Assembly (NCBI GenBank): GCA_950097015.1
Contig: CATNEN010000010.1
Location: forward strand, 2,914,001 to 2,978,000
Source: Macrostomum hystrix
Lineage: Eukaryota > Animalia > Platyhelminthes
Direction: 5' to 3'
Length of the DNA stretch: 64,000 nt
Shown: piece by piece, positions 1-12,800 of the stretch
Layout of the letters: each line of letters starts with the position of its first letter
Numbering within the stretch: position 1 is the first letter of the stretch
Made by a program: the position numbers and the translations under genes
Notes under the pieces: generated by a model
What the model was told of the DNA's origin: nothing
Database searches by the model: none
What the model saw: the letters and a program-made list of their open reading frames with translations, nothing else

Positions 1-180
1 GACTGTACATTGAATTTCAAGCCGTGAATGTACACAGCCCAAACCCCTAGACTGTCTACTGGCCCCCAAGCAGCACTGAGACTGAGTGCGGTGAGTGCGG
101 TGGCGTCCCAGTGCGCAGGGCTCTCCGGTCGATATTTCTCTCCAGCCAGCCTGGGATAGAAGAAAGAGAGAGGCTGGCGT

Positions 181-796
181 TGACTGGCTGTCAGAGAGGG
201 CAATTCTGTGTCCTAGAAATGATGCCGCCAACGAAATTAACTACCAACTGCTTCAGGAGTTGCCAGGTGCAGTTTTCACCTACAAGTCAATTGATACAAC
301 GTTGACTGATGACACCGCTGTGGAGTATCCTGTTGAGTTTCTGAACTCTCTAGATCCTCCTGGAACTCCATCGCACAACTTGCAGCTGAAAGTTGGGGCA
401 CCAATTATGCTCCTCCGCAACCTGAATGTGCCAAGGCTGTGTAACGGCACCAGACTGATAGTCAGGCGGCTCTTCCCACACGTGATTGAGGCCACGATAA
501 TGACTGGATCTGGCAGAGGAGAGTCTGTGTTCGTTCCCCGGATTCCAATTATCCCCACGGACCTGCCATTTCAGTTCAAGCGACTGCAGTTCCCTGTGAG
601 AGTGTGCTTTGCGATGACTATTAACAAGGCTCAGGGACAGTCGCTGAAGGTGGCTGGCATCAACCTGGAGACTCCTTGCTTCTCGCATGGGCAGCTTTAT
701 GTCGCCTGCTCCCGTGTTGGAACTCCAGCTGGCCTATTCATTTTCGCACCAAGGGGAAGAACGAAGAATGTGGTGTATGCCCAGGCCTTGAAGTGA
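181..796 (+). mobile_element. Helitron RepHel / PIF1-like helicase, C-terminal fragment (5'-truncated)
   Basis: The ORF has DWLSERAILCPRND, YPVEFLNSL, LKVGAPIMLLRNL, LCNGTRL, RLQFPVRVCFAMTINKAQGQS and FSHGQLYVACSRV, the helicase motifs typical of Helitron PIF1 domains. The N-terminal helicase motifs and Rep domain are absent. Confidence 0.9.
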
Positions 797-948
797 CTCG
801 CAAGCAATTAATAGAAAAGTAGTCACGAATTGACCTTGACCTGTCTAACTCTGAACTCTGAAACAGTTAAATTTTGTTTCTTTGACATTGTTATTGTTAT
901 GTCATGGCTATTTTCCTTATGTCTACGCGTGTACATGCATACTGTATA

Positions 949-1206
949 CAGAGGCAGATTTAGGGGGGGGCGGGGGGGCAGTCGCCCCCCTAAATTTTAA
1001 TCATGGGAATAAGATGCCCCCACCATGCACCCCCCACCTTTTCGGCCGCTGGCGCCCCTTTTTCAGCCGCTGGCTCCCGTTTTTCAGCCGCTGGCGCCCT
1101 TTCTTGGCTCCTGGCGCCCTTTTTCGGCCGCTGGCACCCCCTCTGTGATTCTCATGGCGCTCCCCTGACAGACCGCCCCAAAACAAAATTCCTGGATCTG
1201 CCACTG
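949..1206. mobile_element. 258-bp hAT-type MITE
   Basis: Imperfect 16-bp TIRs CAGAGGCAGATTTAGG / CCTGGATCTGCCACTG, flanked by a perfect 8-bp TSD ACTGTATA (941-948 and 1207-1214). No coding capacity. Confidence 0.85.
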
Positions 1207-1413
1207 ACTGTATAGAGGAGTGGCTAAGAGACATGTTTCTAAAGAAGTAATCAAGAGGGGGCTGTTTGGACAAACTTTTCACTTATTTTTTACTTAAAAC
1301 GCCCTTAAACAAACTCTTCACTTTTCATTAATGCAGTAAATAAATAAATGGTGACCTTCACTATAAAGTTAATACAGAGACGTGAATTGCTTACTGCTTT
1401 GCTTTAAATTTCT

Positions 1414-1446
1414 GCCCCCAAAAAACAACGGGCCAAAAAAGCTAGT
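1414..1446 (+). mobile_element. Probable Helitron 3' terminus
   Basis: GCCC...GGGC (degenerate hairpin), then CAAAAAAG-CTAG (1442-1445) followed by T, about 650 bp after the helicase stop. This matches the hairpin + CTRR|T rule. Confidence 0.55.
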
Positions 1447-3185
1447 TTCATCTATAAATAATAATGCTTACAATTCATGCATACCGATATCTGATACTAA
1501 TATGTGCTATGGGCATGGGCCTTGATACCTAATACACAAGTGTCAAGTGACAACACTGTCTATTTTAATTAACTTAAACTTTTTAGCTAATTTCTTTTTG
1601 CTTGGTGTACTAGACAGTTTTTATCAAAGTAGACCTAAGAGTAGCACACAATTGCCAATATTTAATTGACTTTATAAACAAAACTTTAAGGTAGAAAATT
1701 TATTAAGGTAATGTATCATCAACCAAACAAGAATGTGTATTTTTTAACTTCAAACCTAAGCTAGGCCTACAGATTTTCTATTTAAGATAGGCCTATGATA
1801 AACCAAAAGCCAAGTTATAGAAAACAGTTACATCTTTCTAAAAAGTATCTGCTTTTGCTATTTTGTCAAATAGAAAAAGTTATTCCTGCTTTTTATCTAA
1901 AACTGTACAATAATTTTCAATTTTCATGTATCTTCAAACCAAACAGAGAATTTGATGTTTGGTTTTACAATTTGACTGAGTGGTTTAATCTTATCTTAAG
2001 GAGTGAACTATCATGAATTATGTCATTTGAAAGCATTTTTCATGCTCTATAAATAACTACATTTATGGTCATTTAATTGGCAAGCAACCACATACAATCT
2101 TCATCTAAAGTATATACAGAAAAAATGATGTTAAAAAGTATGCTTTTGCAATAAAAATTTCTACTGAAACATCAATATCTTTCTTTCCTCTTTATGCTTC
2201 ATTGCACACGCCTCAGCTTGTAGATAATTTCTTCAACTTTCAAATTAGTTGTTCTGTGAAACACAATAGCTTGTTTCTGTCTTACACAAGACCAAGGAAG
2301 GAGTCAAAATTCTTGTTTGTTTTGAAGATAGACTGTTTGGTTGATGATACATTACCCTATAAATAGTCAATGATCATGGATCAATCATGATGCATATAAT
2401 AATTATTTACATCCTTATAGATACATGCATCAATTATTGTATGTTTTATAAGCACTTTATTATTGTAAGAAGCACAATTTTTAAATAAGTCATGATTATA
2501 TATAAAATATCATATATTTCATGATTGAAAATGATAGGCTACCATAAAAACAATAGAACTTAGAGTAGTGCCTGTTCTACAGAACTTTAAAAAAGCAACT
2601 TTTTCTTATATTTACATTTGCTGTTTAAAGTTTAATTGCCAATGCTAGCCATGGTAATCAACTTTAGCACTTATTGTAGACAAGTTTTGTTGCCAAATGT
2701 TTTCTTTTCCACAAAAACATTACATTTGATGTATTCCCTTCTTTGATCTAGATGAAAACATGTAAGTTAGCCATATTAAAGCACAAATACTATGTAATAT
2801 TCAACCATAAAATGTATATTAATTGAAAGCAGTAACAAATAAACTCTAGACTTTTGATTGTTTGTTTAATTGAATTCTAATTTGTTTAGCTAAATGCTCA
2901 AAAAATTGAAATCTAGAGCTCTTGCTCTACATAACTTAATAACACAGGTCAATGGCTGTGTTTATGTAGTTTAAAAAAGAGTTTTAGTCTATAAAGTATC
3001 TTCCTTTTATGTAGTCATAAAATGCTTGTAACTTTGCTTAACTTAGCCAAGTTCGACACAGATTATATCTCAGATGATAAATTGTCTCATTAAATTTCAG
3101 TGGACAATACTGAGACTTAGTCCAGCAAGCTGAAATCACAGATTAACCTAGATTGTGATAAGAACAGGCATTCCGAGCCAATAGA

Positions 3186-4106
3186 ATGAGTGGCAGTGGC
3201 CGCTATGAGCCAATAGAGCGGCCATTGTTTGGGGAGTCGCGGGCGGCCGACAGCCTACTGCACTATGCCATCGCCTGTGTGCTCAGCCTGTCTGTCCTGC
3301 TCACCCTGGTATTTGCATTCGTCTTTCCCAAGTGGCCACCGCGTGGTGTCAATATCATGTTTGCTGGGTGCATAGTCATGCTGGCCGCCTCACACCTGCT
3401 GCTTGTAAGTGGGAGAGATTCTAATAGAATCAAACTGAATCTATCTATAGACACAACACAATGCTTTGATTGGCATTGAATTACTGATTGCTCAAGCTCT
3501 AAGGGTGAGCCAGTGGCTCTGTTGTGGTTTAGAGACTGACCAATCTCAGGTGAAAGAATAATTTTGTAACTATCAAAGACTACATGTAAAAATACTATAA
3601 TAAAGGAGCAGAGCAGACCTATACTGAACCAAACTCAAAGCACTGATTGGGCTTGTTTTCCAGGAAACTTTTAGCCCTTAGAGCTTCGGACTTCTAACCT
3701 AGAGGGGTCTGAGGTTCGAATCTTGGGCCTGGGAAAAAACTAGTATCCCTACCTGTACCTGTGCAAGCGAGTCAATTGCCTATCGTTTTAATTCAGCAAG
3801 ATTTGTATAGATATCAGCATCAGCTGGAGTACATTGCCCTCTAGTCCATGGACTGAATAGTTGTACGCAGCCTTTAAAAGCGCTGCACAATATCTGTGGC
3901 TGTGCAACTGGCTGTAAAACTGGGCTATGTGTAATCACTATGCTCGAATCTCTATTCTATGATTTCTCTACTCATTAAACATTGACCAGGTGTATTGGTA
4001 CCGTCAGGGCGACCTGGAGCCCCGGTTTCGCCGGCTCATCTACTTCAACTCTCTGGTCATCTTCCTGCTTTGCGTGTGCGCTAACTTGTACTTTCACAAT
4101 GTGTGA
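3186..4106 (+). CDS. TMEM243: Transmembrane protein 243 (2 exons: 3186-3404, 3990-4106; 111 aa)
   Basis: Spliced product contains RPLFGE...AFVFPKWPP...VYWYRQGDLEPRFRRLIYF...LCVCANLYFHNV, recognisable as the TMEM243 family. Phase-0 GT-AG intron; AATAAA at 4445. Confidence 0.9.
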
Positions 4107-5220
4107 AACTGCAGCCCCGCTTTGAGCAGTGCCGATTTGTCGAGACAAATGCCGAATATTATTTGTAAAAAAAATTTTATCTTGGATTTCGTGCTCCTTC
4201 CATTGCGAGCTCATATTTATTCAGTACAATTTTGTGATTCGTTTTCTTTTTTTGCATGCCTGCTCCCGTATGTGCTACTTTCAATAACTCAGTAGTAATA
4301 CTTGTGTGTCTATATTATTTTATGTGAAAAACTGAAAATGAAGAAATATGAAAAAATCGTGTAAAGTTACATGATATGAGCATTTCCTCTCCCCTATACA
4401 TTTCCAGACAGAGAGAAGTTTAAAAAATCTCATAAATTCTTGACAATAAAATGTTGTTAAAATGTTTTTTTTCTGAGCCATCGGTGACAACCAAATAGAT
4501 TACAGTTTGTCTGTGTTCGTGCTCAACTATCCAGACTCAGCCCTGTTATAGATTAGTACATTTTTGCGCTGCCTTCAATGCTATTTTATAAGTCGTCCTT
4601 TGTCAAGCAAGTTTTTATATGTGTAGAATTAAAAATACACCCAGAGTTGCCTGAAAGTAACACACATTTTTTGCACTCGATGCTAATACAGAAGTTAAAA
4701 CCTAGCCATTGTCTTTTCATTCCTGATTGCCGTGCCAACTGCCCCGTACAATCATTCCACTTCTACTAATAGTAATAGTTTTGGTGTTAATAATTATTTC
4801 GATTTTTATTAGTAGCTTGGTTAAGTATTATGTTATTATTCACAGCTAAGTCTTAGATATGGCAAACACGGGTTTATTCTGTTGAACAGAAGTCTATTTT
4901 AACCGAATGAGAGAGGCCTGATATAAACTTTTTTATCTGCTTTGATAAATATCTTATGAAGGTAACCTAGAAGGGGACATTGTTGTAATGGGACACTTAG
5001 TTTGACATATTTCTGTTCAAACTTCGAAGCGAAGAATTTCGAATTCCACGATATTTCTAAAGGGTGTAACAACTTGTCTTTAATATTATCCAGTGTGTCT
5101 GAGACAGCCTGACAAACCTTTGAAATGGTTTACTGTTCATCCTATCATCGCTACATCTTTCTGCGACAGTTAGCACACCTCAGCTGAGAAGTTGTGGACA
5201 TACAATTTATTTAGATTAAA

Positions 5221-5420
5221 TGTATGTTAGTTAGGGCGTCGGACTAACGACTTAAAGGTCGGGGGTTCGATTCCCGACTCCACTGAAACAATTTGTGTCC
5301 TTTAGCAAGACACTTAACTCTGCATTGCTTCAGTTCACCCAGCTGTTGAATGGGTACCAGCATCAGCTGGGATAATTGAATGTGGGTGTGGCGTCATCTG
5401 GCCCGATTGGGGCAGGTGTA
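5221..5420 (+). mobile_element. tRNA-derived SINE (family A) with CORE-like and Nin/Deu-like central domains
   Basis: B-box GGTTCGATTCC followed by TGTGTCCTTTAGCAAGACACTTAAC (CORE-like) and CAGTTCACCCAGCTGTTGAATGGGTACC (Nin/Deu-like). Confidence 0.6.
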
Positions 5421-6018
5421 ATCAATTATTATTATTTATTAATTAGATAGTGTTTTACATCTGTGTGGTCTCAAAGAATTTACTAAGATGAGTGAGTTGG
5501 GGCCATATTTCAAAAACAATACTTAGTAAGCAAAAAATGTGACCCAGCTAGGCCAATGAGAATTTCAAAGCTGAATTCTTAACTAACAGAAGAAAAAAAG
5601 TAAAAAAATACCCGATTCAGAGTTGTCCCTGTGTCCACAGGTGCAGAATTTCGGTGCTGCATGCTCACACATCCTCAACTTTGCTGAGTTTGTCCAGGCA
5701 GTGCTGAAATTTCACACCCACTCTCGCTCGGCAAGATGCTTGCTTGAAAGAAGCCAACACACTACACTCGGTGCGACAGGACACACGGGCCGGCACATAG
5801 TAGGTACCTCTAGGTAAGTGGAGGCATTTTCACTTTCCATGAGTTTCGCCCTTGGTCCCGCTCGCCAATGTTGACTCTTAGCTCGCTTTTGACATCACGA
5901 CCGATATATGTGCCAGTGCAAATAAGTGCGCCGGCGAGAGCTGGGCAAACTGTTGTGCGACATCCTATAGTTGCAAGATCCTAGTATTCACATTTCCTAA
6001 TATTTTCGTGAAGGGTTT

Positions 6019-6400
6019 GACTCACTCAAGGACCACATGGGTAGTGCCCGACTCACTCAAGGGCCACTTGGGTAGTGCCCGACTCACTCAAGGACCAGAT
6101 GGGGTAGTGCCCGACTCACTGAAGGACCAGATGGGTAGTGCCCGACTCACTGAAGGACCAGATGGGTAGTGCCCGACTCACTGAAGGACCAGATGGGTAG
6201 TGCCCGACTCACTCAAGGACCAGATGGGTAGTGCCCGACTCACTCAAGGGCCACTTGGGTAGTGCCCGACTCACTCAAGGACCAGATGGGTAGTGCCCAA
6301 CTCACTCAAGGACCAGATGGGTAGTGCCCAACTCACTCAAGGACCAGATGGGTAGTGCCCGACTCACTCAAGGACCAGATGAGTAGTGCCCGACTGACTG
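6019..6400. repeat. Minisatellite, 31-bp unit, ~12 copies
   Basis: Unit GACTCACTCAAGGACCAGATGGGTAGTGCCC. Confidence 0.95.
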
Positions 6401-6808
6401 AGGGACTCAAAGTGAAGACTTCGTTAATCACACCGTTGTTGGCACCGTAAAGCTATCGGTATGGCCTGCCAATGCTGCATGAAGCTGTCGGCTTGGCCCA
6501 TAGGCTGAGGAGGCAGCATCCGCGCTGAACCAATGGGCGGGCCCGGAGGCACACCGTCAGCCGAAGCTCTTGCCGCAGACTCTTGCATCCTATAAGCTGT
6601 GTCCCTGTGAGCAGTCGTTGTAAATCAGTAAAAATGAGGAGTCTACTGTGTTAGCCTCGACTTCCGCGTATGCTTGGACGATCGAGTTCAGAAGCATCTT
6701 TATTTGGGATTCTAAACTTTTCTTAGCAGAATTAGAACGGGTTTATTAAGCCGCGCAAGCAGAGATACCAGAGGCTAGTAGAGTTAATCCTCTATCCGCG
6801 GTCGGATT

Positions 6809-9800
6809 ATGCATCAGATTAACTGCGGTCTGACAGCAGGATCCTTGTCTCTAAAGTGTTTGCTAGCTGCAAGAAACAGTCCCGTGCTGCTGCTGCTGCT
6901 GCTGGCAAGTAAGTAATCAAAATTTCTTTTGTCTGCGTACGCGTCCACATTGAGACGTCTCAAAATGATGAGCTGAACTAATGCCTGGCAAAGCGGAGCA
7001 GCCGAACAAAGAAAAGGAAAAAGGGAGGCATGTTAAAGCAGTTCGCTGGAGTGAGTGAGCAGACTAGGTGAGCCTGAGAATGGAGCATCTTGCGGTAGCC
7101 GAGTGTTGGGAAGCGGCAGCGATGACACCTAATTACTGTCGATGCCTCAGCTTCATCTGCACGGCAACTGAAACCGCTGCCATTCTGCATAGCTGAGTGA
7201 GTGCGCCTCTGTAGAGTGGAACTCTTTAGAGTGAGTGCCAAGTTCTGGCAGTCAAAGAATGTCCTGACAATGCGACCTCCCTAGTCTTTTCATCCATCCC
7301 CCGCAGCCTCCTCTCTTTGGCCACTTCTTCTCTTCTTCCAGCTCTTTAACACGTTGGATGAGTTTTGATTCTTTCATGACTGCCGATGACTAAAAGACTG
7401 CCAAACTCTGGCCCACGCTCAATGCTGAGGAGCAAATGCGGGCATTGGGCTGAGCTGGCCGCTCCGGTAGCTGCTGGGTCCTCGGCTACCCAAGGCGGAG
7501 TCATTAATGAGGCTTGTTGTAAGCTACTAGGCGCTCAGCGAGTGCACATTCTTCTTCTTTATATTGCTTCAAAGACTTCGGCCGGCACACTGCAGACGCT
7601 GCTGCTTCGGGACTACGTACGTGTTGTCCTTGTTGCGCAGTGGACAATTTTCTTTTAAGCTCTTTAGTTGCTTTGTTTTCTCAGAGCTGGCCTTATCGTG
7701 CTAAACTTATGGGAATCTAGGTCGCCACTTACCTCTTCATCTCTTCTGCTTTTAATGACTTTTCAACACCCCCTGCCTCTTCGCTACCCCTTGCCTCTTC
7801 GCCCCCCTATGCCTCTTCGCCACCCCTTGCCTCTTCGCCACCCCTTGCCATTTCGCCACCCCATGCCTCTTCGCCACCCCTTGCCTCTTCGCCACCCCTT
7901 GCCTCTTCGCCACCCCTTGCCATTTCGCCACCCCATGCCTCTTCGCCACCCCTTGCCTCTTCAGCACCCCCTGCCTCTTCGCCACCCTTGCCTCTTCGCC
8001 ACCCCTTGCCTCTTCGCCACCCCTTGCCTCTTCGCCACCCCTTGCCATTTCGCCACCCCTTGCCATTTCGCCACCCCATGCCTCTTCGCCACCCCTTGCC
8101 TCTTCAGCACCCCCTGCCTCTTCGCTACCCCTTGCCTCTTCAGCACCCCCTGCCTTTTCGCTCGCCTGTCAAGGATGATGACACCGCTGATTGAAGACTC
8201 CCCTATACTGTAGAATAACAGGAGACTTTCGTCATCAAAGGCTTAAATAGGAATTTGAAACGTAAACTTAGTAGATTAGACTGGACTGTGCTCATTGCTT
8301 TTCTTGTCTTTAGAACGCTTGCTTTTAATGACTTCTCAATCTCACATACCATTCTCTCCTCTTTCACTCAAACCCTTCTTCGTTCTCGCTTGGAACTTTA
8401 AGCGCATTAATACTGCTTCCCTGAGTTGAGAGTCAGCCATGGGAAAATGGCAGTCCTTCGACTTTGACTCCCAAGGAACCCCTGAATTGCTTGCTTAACC
8501 GCGGATAGCAACTCAAGCTGAGCTGATTCTAAGCTACGGCAGAAAGCAACATCAGAAATTGTCCATTTTGTTTGTTCTTGCTTATATAGCAACGGCAATC
8601 GTGTGTGCATTGTGTGGGACAGTGTGCGGGCCCTAACTTCATTAATTAGGGTCGGCGACAGACTAAGACGATCTAAAAGGCAAGCGGATTATCTGCTCTC
8701 CGCTTTTCTTCTAGTTAAGCCCTCAATCTCGGGAATTTTATTGTTAGGGGCGTGTGTTAGAGGACTTGCCCTAGCAACTGGTTTTTATAGAACTAAGCAG
8801 CGAGAAAAGTGCCAAGACACAAGCTAAAACACGAAAACACAGACTTTTACCCTCAGACCGCCATTTCCTCAGACCGCCATTTTCCCAGACCGCCATTTCC
8901 TCAGACCGCCATTTCCTCAGACCGCCATTTCCTCAGACCGCCATTTCCTCAGACCGCCGTTTCCTCAGACCGCCATTTCCCCAGACCGCCATTTCCTCAG
9001 ACCGCCATTTCCTCAGACCGCCATTTCCTCAGACCGCCATTTCCTCAGACCGCCGTTTCCTCAGACCGCCATTTCCCCAGACCGCCATTTCCTCAGACCG
9101 CCATTTCCTCAGACCGCCGTTTCCTCAGACCGCCATTTCCTCAGACCGCCATTTCCCCAGACCGCCATTTCCTCAGACCGCCATTTCCTCAGACCGCCGT
9201 TTCCTCAGACCGTCATCCTTCACACTGGCATATCGCTGTGCCTCGGACACAGTTATCATCCATGTTTTCAGGCCAGATGTGTCGAAAATTTTTCCGAATC
9301 AATTTCTGCCCTAAGTGACAAAATTCTGGGCAGGTTATTTCATATCAAAGTTGATCGGAGGTGGAAGGGTGTCCCTTCTCAAACTCCCCGCCCCATTATC
9401 GCTCAGGGCTAAAGTCGTGGCCAAGAACGCATTTTCACTGCGCTCTGATTTTTAATGCGATGCATTTTTAATGCATTTTTCAGTCGAAAAAATCGATAGA
9501 ATGATTTGTGCCGCGGTCAGAATATGACACCAACCCGGGTGTTAGGCCCGGAGCTAGGCGCGTCTCCCCCTACCCGCGTCCGTATCGAACTCACCGGACT
9601 CACTCGCTGTTTCCATCGCGAACGCCGCATCCACTGTGAAGCAAATGGAAATTGACAATATTTGTTCTCAAAATTCTGGTCAATCAATTTTTATTTGATC
9701 TGAGATTCTTGTAAAAAATATATTCGAATTTAGGGATTAAAACAGGTGGGACATACAGAGGAACTAATGTGCGATGTAGGAAGCAGATTAGTTGTAGGGA

Positions 9801-12800
9801 GAAAGGTGAGATGTAGGGAGGAAGATCTGATGTAGGGAGGAAGGTCTGATGTAGGGAGAATGGTGAGATGTAGGGAGGAAGGTGAGATGTAGGGAGGAAG
9901 ATCTGATGTAGGGAGGAAGGTCTGATGTAGGGAGAATGGTGAGATGTAGGGAGGAAGGTGAGATGTAGGGAGGAAGGTGAGATGTAGGGAGGAAGGTGAG
10001 ATGTAGGGAGAAAGGTCTGATGTAGGGAGGAAGGTCTGATGTAGGGAGGAAGGTCTGATGTAGGGAGGAAGGTGAGATGTAGGGAGGAAGGTGTGATGTA
10101 GGGAGGAAGGTATGATGTAGGGAGGAAAGTAAGATGTGGGAAAATTGAGGTGATATGTAGGACGAAAGAAGGTGGGATCTAGGGAGGAAGAAGGGTGGGA
10201 TGTAGTTTGGAGGAAAGGTGAGATGTAGGGACTCAGAAAGGCTAAGGCAGGACGGGACAAGCAGGAGGGAGCCATGGAGAGGTTCCGAACTGCACTGGGA
10301 ACTTGCGGAATGCGATCAAGAGTCGCCAGGCTGTCCCGTAGTTTCGTCCGACCCCAGGGGAATTTTCGGAGGCGCTGCGCTGCGCCAGAGGCGGAATCAT
10401 CTCGTCCACCTCCCCATTACTTTTTTTGCCATGCAGTTTCATTATTCCCATCGCCTCGGCCTCCTCCCATCTGCTTCCTGACTCCCAACTCCCCGTTGTC
10501 TTTGCTCCCCATTGGCACAACTCCGCCTGCTCGGAGCAGTATCGCCCAGTTACTGACTGGGATAGATAAACTCGTTGCGGCCGGTGTCATTACACGGTTT
10601 GGTTGGCATTCTCTCGGCGGGATATCGACTCGGATCTTGGCTTCTGTAGACTTCTCAAGCTTGTCAGCCCTGCTCAGCTCATTTTTTATCGGGCTTTGCC
10701 TGACTCTCTGGGTACTCAGCCGGATGCTGCTGCTGCTGCTGAGCTGTATTGGCAGAAGTGTAAAAAACGTGCAAAACACAGCGCAGAGCTATTTTTCCTC
10801 ATCCAACATTTGAATAAAAGAGGACTGGCAACTGTGTGCAACATCTTTTTTTAGTCTTCCGTTTCAGCGGTTTCACGGCTCACAGCGGCTTCTGGATGCT
10901 GCTTTTTAAAAGGAATCATTGCTTGAAACACTGTACAAAAACTAGAAAACTAAATGAGGCGGTCAGAAAATCAGCACACCCCCTTAGAGGATTTTCGCGA
11001 TTAACTATACGTTACACTGGCTAGATTAGCAGCTAGAATTGCAGGTGGTACACAGCAGCTAGAATTGCAGATGGAACAGCAGCTAGAATTGCAGATGGTA
11101 CAGCAGCTAGAATTGCAGATGGAACAGCAGCTAGAATTGCAGATGGTACAGCAGCTAGAATTGCAGGTGGTACAGCAGCTAGAATTGCAGGTGGTACACA
11201 GCAGCTAGAATTGCAGATGGAACAGCAGCTAGAATTGCAGATGGAACAGCAGCTAGAATTGCAGATGGAACAGCAGCTAGAATTGCAGATGGAACAGCAG
11301 CTAGAATTGCAGATGGAACAGCAGCTAGAATTGCAGATGGAACAGCAGCTAGAATTGCAGATGGAACAGCAGCTAGAATTGCAGATGGAACACAGCAGCT
11401 AGAATTGCAGATGGAACAGCAGCTAGAATTGCAGATGGAACAGCAGCTAGAATTGCAGATGGAACAGCAGCTAGAATTGCAGATGGAACAGCAGCTAGAA
11501 TTGCAGATGGTACAGCAGCTAGAATTGCAGATGGAACAGCAGCTAGAATTGCAGATGGAACAGCAGCTAGAATTGCAGATGGAACAGCAGCTAGAATTGC
11601 AGATGGAACAGCAGCTAGAATTGCAGATGGAACAGCAGCTAGAATTGCAGATGGAACAGCAGCTAGAATTGCAGATGGAACAGCAGCTAGAATTGCAGAT
11701 GGAACAGCAGCTAGAATTGCAGATGGAACAGCAGCTAGAATTGCAGATGGAACAGCAGCTAGAATTGCAGATGGAACAGCAGCTAGAATTGCAGATGGAA
11801 CAGCAGCTAGAATTGCAGGTGGTACAGCAGCTAGAATTGCAGGTGGTACACAGCAGCTAGAATTGCAGATGGAACAGCAGCTAGAATTGCAGATGGAACA
11901 GCAGCTAGAATTGCAGATGGAACAGCAGCTAGAATTGCAGATGGAACAGCAGCTAGAATTGCAGATGGAACAGCAGCTAGAATTGCAGATGGAACAGCAG
12001 CTAGAATTGCAGATGGAACAGCAGCTAGAATTGCAGATGGAACAGCAGCTAGAATTGCAGATGGAACAGCAGCTAGAATTGCAGATGGAACAGCAGCTAG
12101 AATTGCAGATGGAACACAGCAGCTAGAATTGCAGATGGAACAGCAGCTAGAATTGCAGATGGAACAGCAGCTAGAATTGCAGATGGAACAGCAGCTAGAA
12201 TTGCAGATGGAACAGCAGCTAACATTATATATGTAAAGCCATGAACTGTTTACTTTCTCCGAATTGTGATATCTCGGCCTCGCATTGTACTTCGCATTGG
12301 CCTCCTGGCCTAATGCGCCAATTGCATGACTGTGATGGAAAACGCGAGATGTATAGATTAGGAAATAAAAGAAGAAAAATGAGAAAATGTTTCGAGCTGC
12401 CCTGTTCGCGGCCGCAATTCTATCTGCAGTCACGCCACCAAGAAGACAAAGGGTTGCACAGAGAGGCACATGTGGCCAGCATCTTTGAGCTTTTTTCAAA
12501 ACCTCTGCTTTGATTCTTTTCGAATGAGCATGAGGATTGCTGCTTTCACTTACGAGTAACTGACCAGCTAATAATAATGATACTTCTCTATTGCTACTGC
12601 AGTTCCTTCTCAAGCTCTTTCGTCACTGCGCAACATTACTCTCGCCTGTTTCCCATCTACCTTCCTCTCACCTGTCTCCCGCCTCTACCTTCCTCTCACC
12701 TGTCTCCCATCTCCACCTGCCTCTCACCTGTCTCCCATCTCCACCTTCCTCTCACCTGTCTCCCATCTCCACCTGCCTCTCACCTGTCTCCCATCTCCAC

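Noticed and set aside
3680-3740. tRNA-like remnant (GGTTCGAATC), and a similar one at ~32220-32290
   Set aside because: Too degenerate to assign beyond a B-box-like motif.
10274-10813. 179-aa ORF ending in MLLLLLSCIGR as an alternative signal-peptide exon
   Set aside because: The donor GTGTAA is weak and there is no recognisable domain; 6809-6908 has a canonical GTAAGT donor in the right phase. Not fully excluded.
7668-12613. Long low-complexity ORFs (PLRHPL, RPPFPQTAISSD, MEQQLELQ repeats)
   Set aside because: These are stop-free translations of minisatellites inside intron 1 of the GPI-type gene; they are open in several frames and on both strands.
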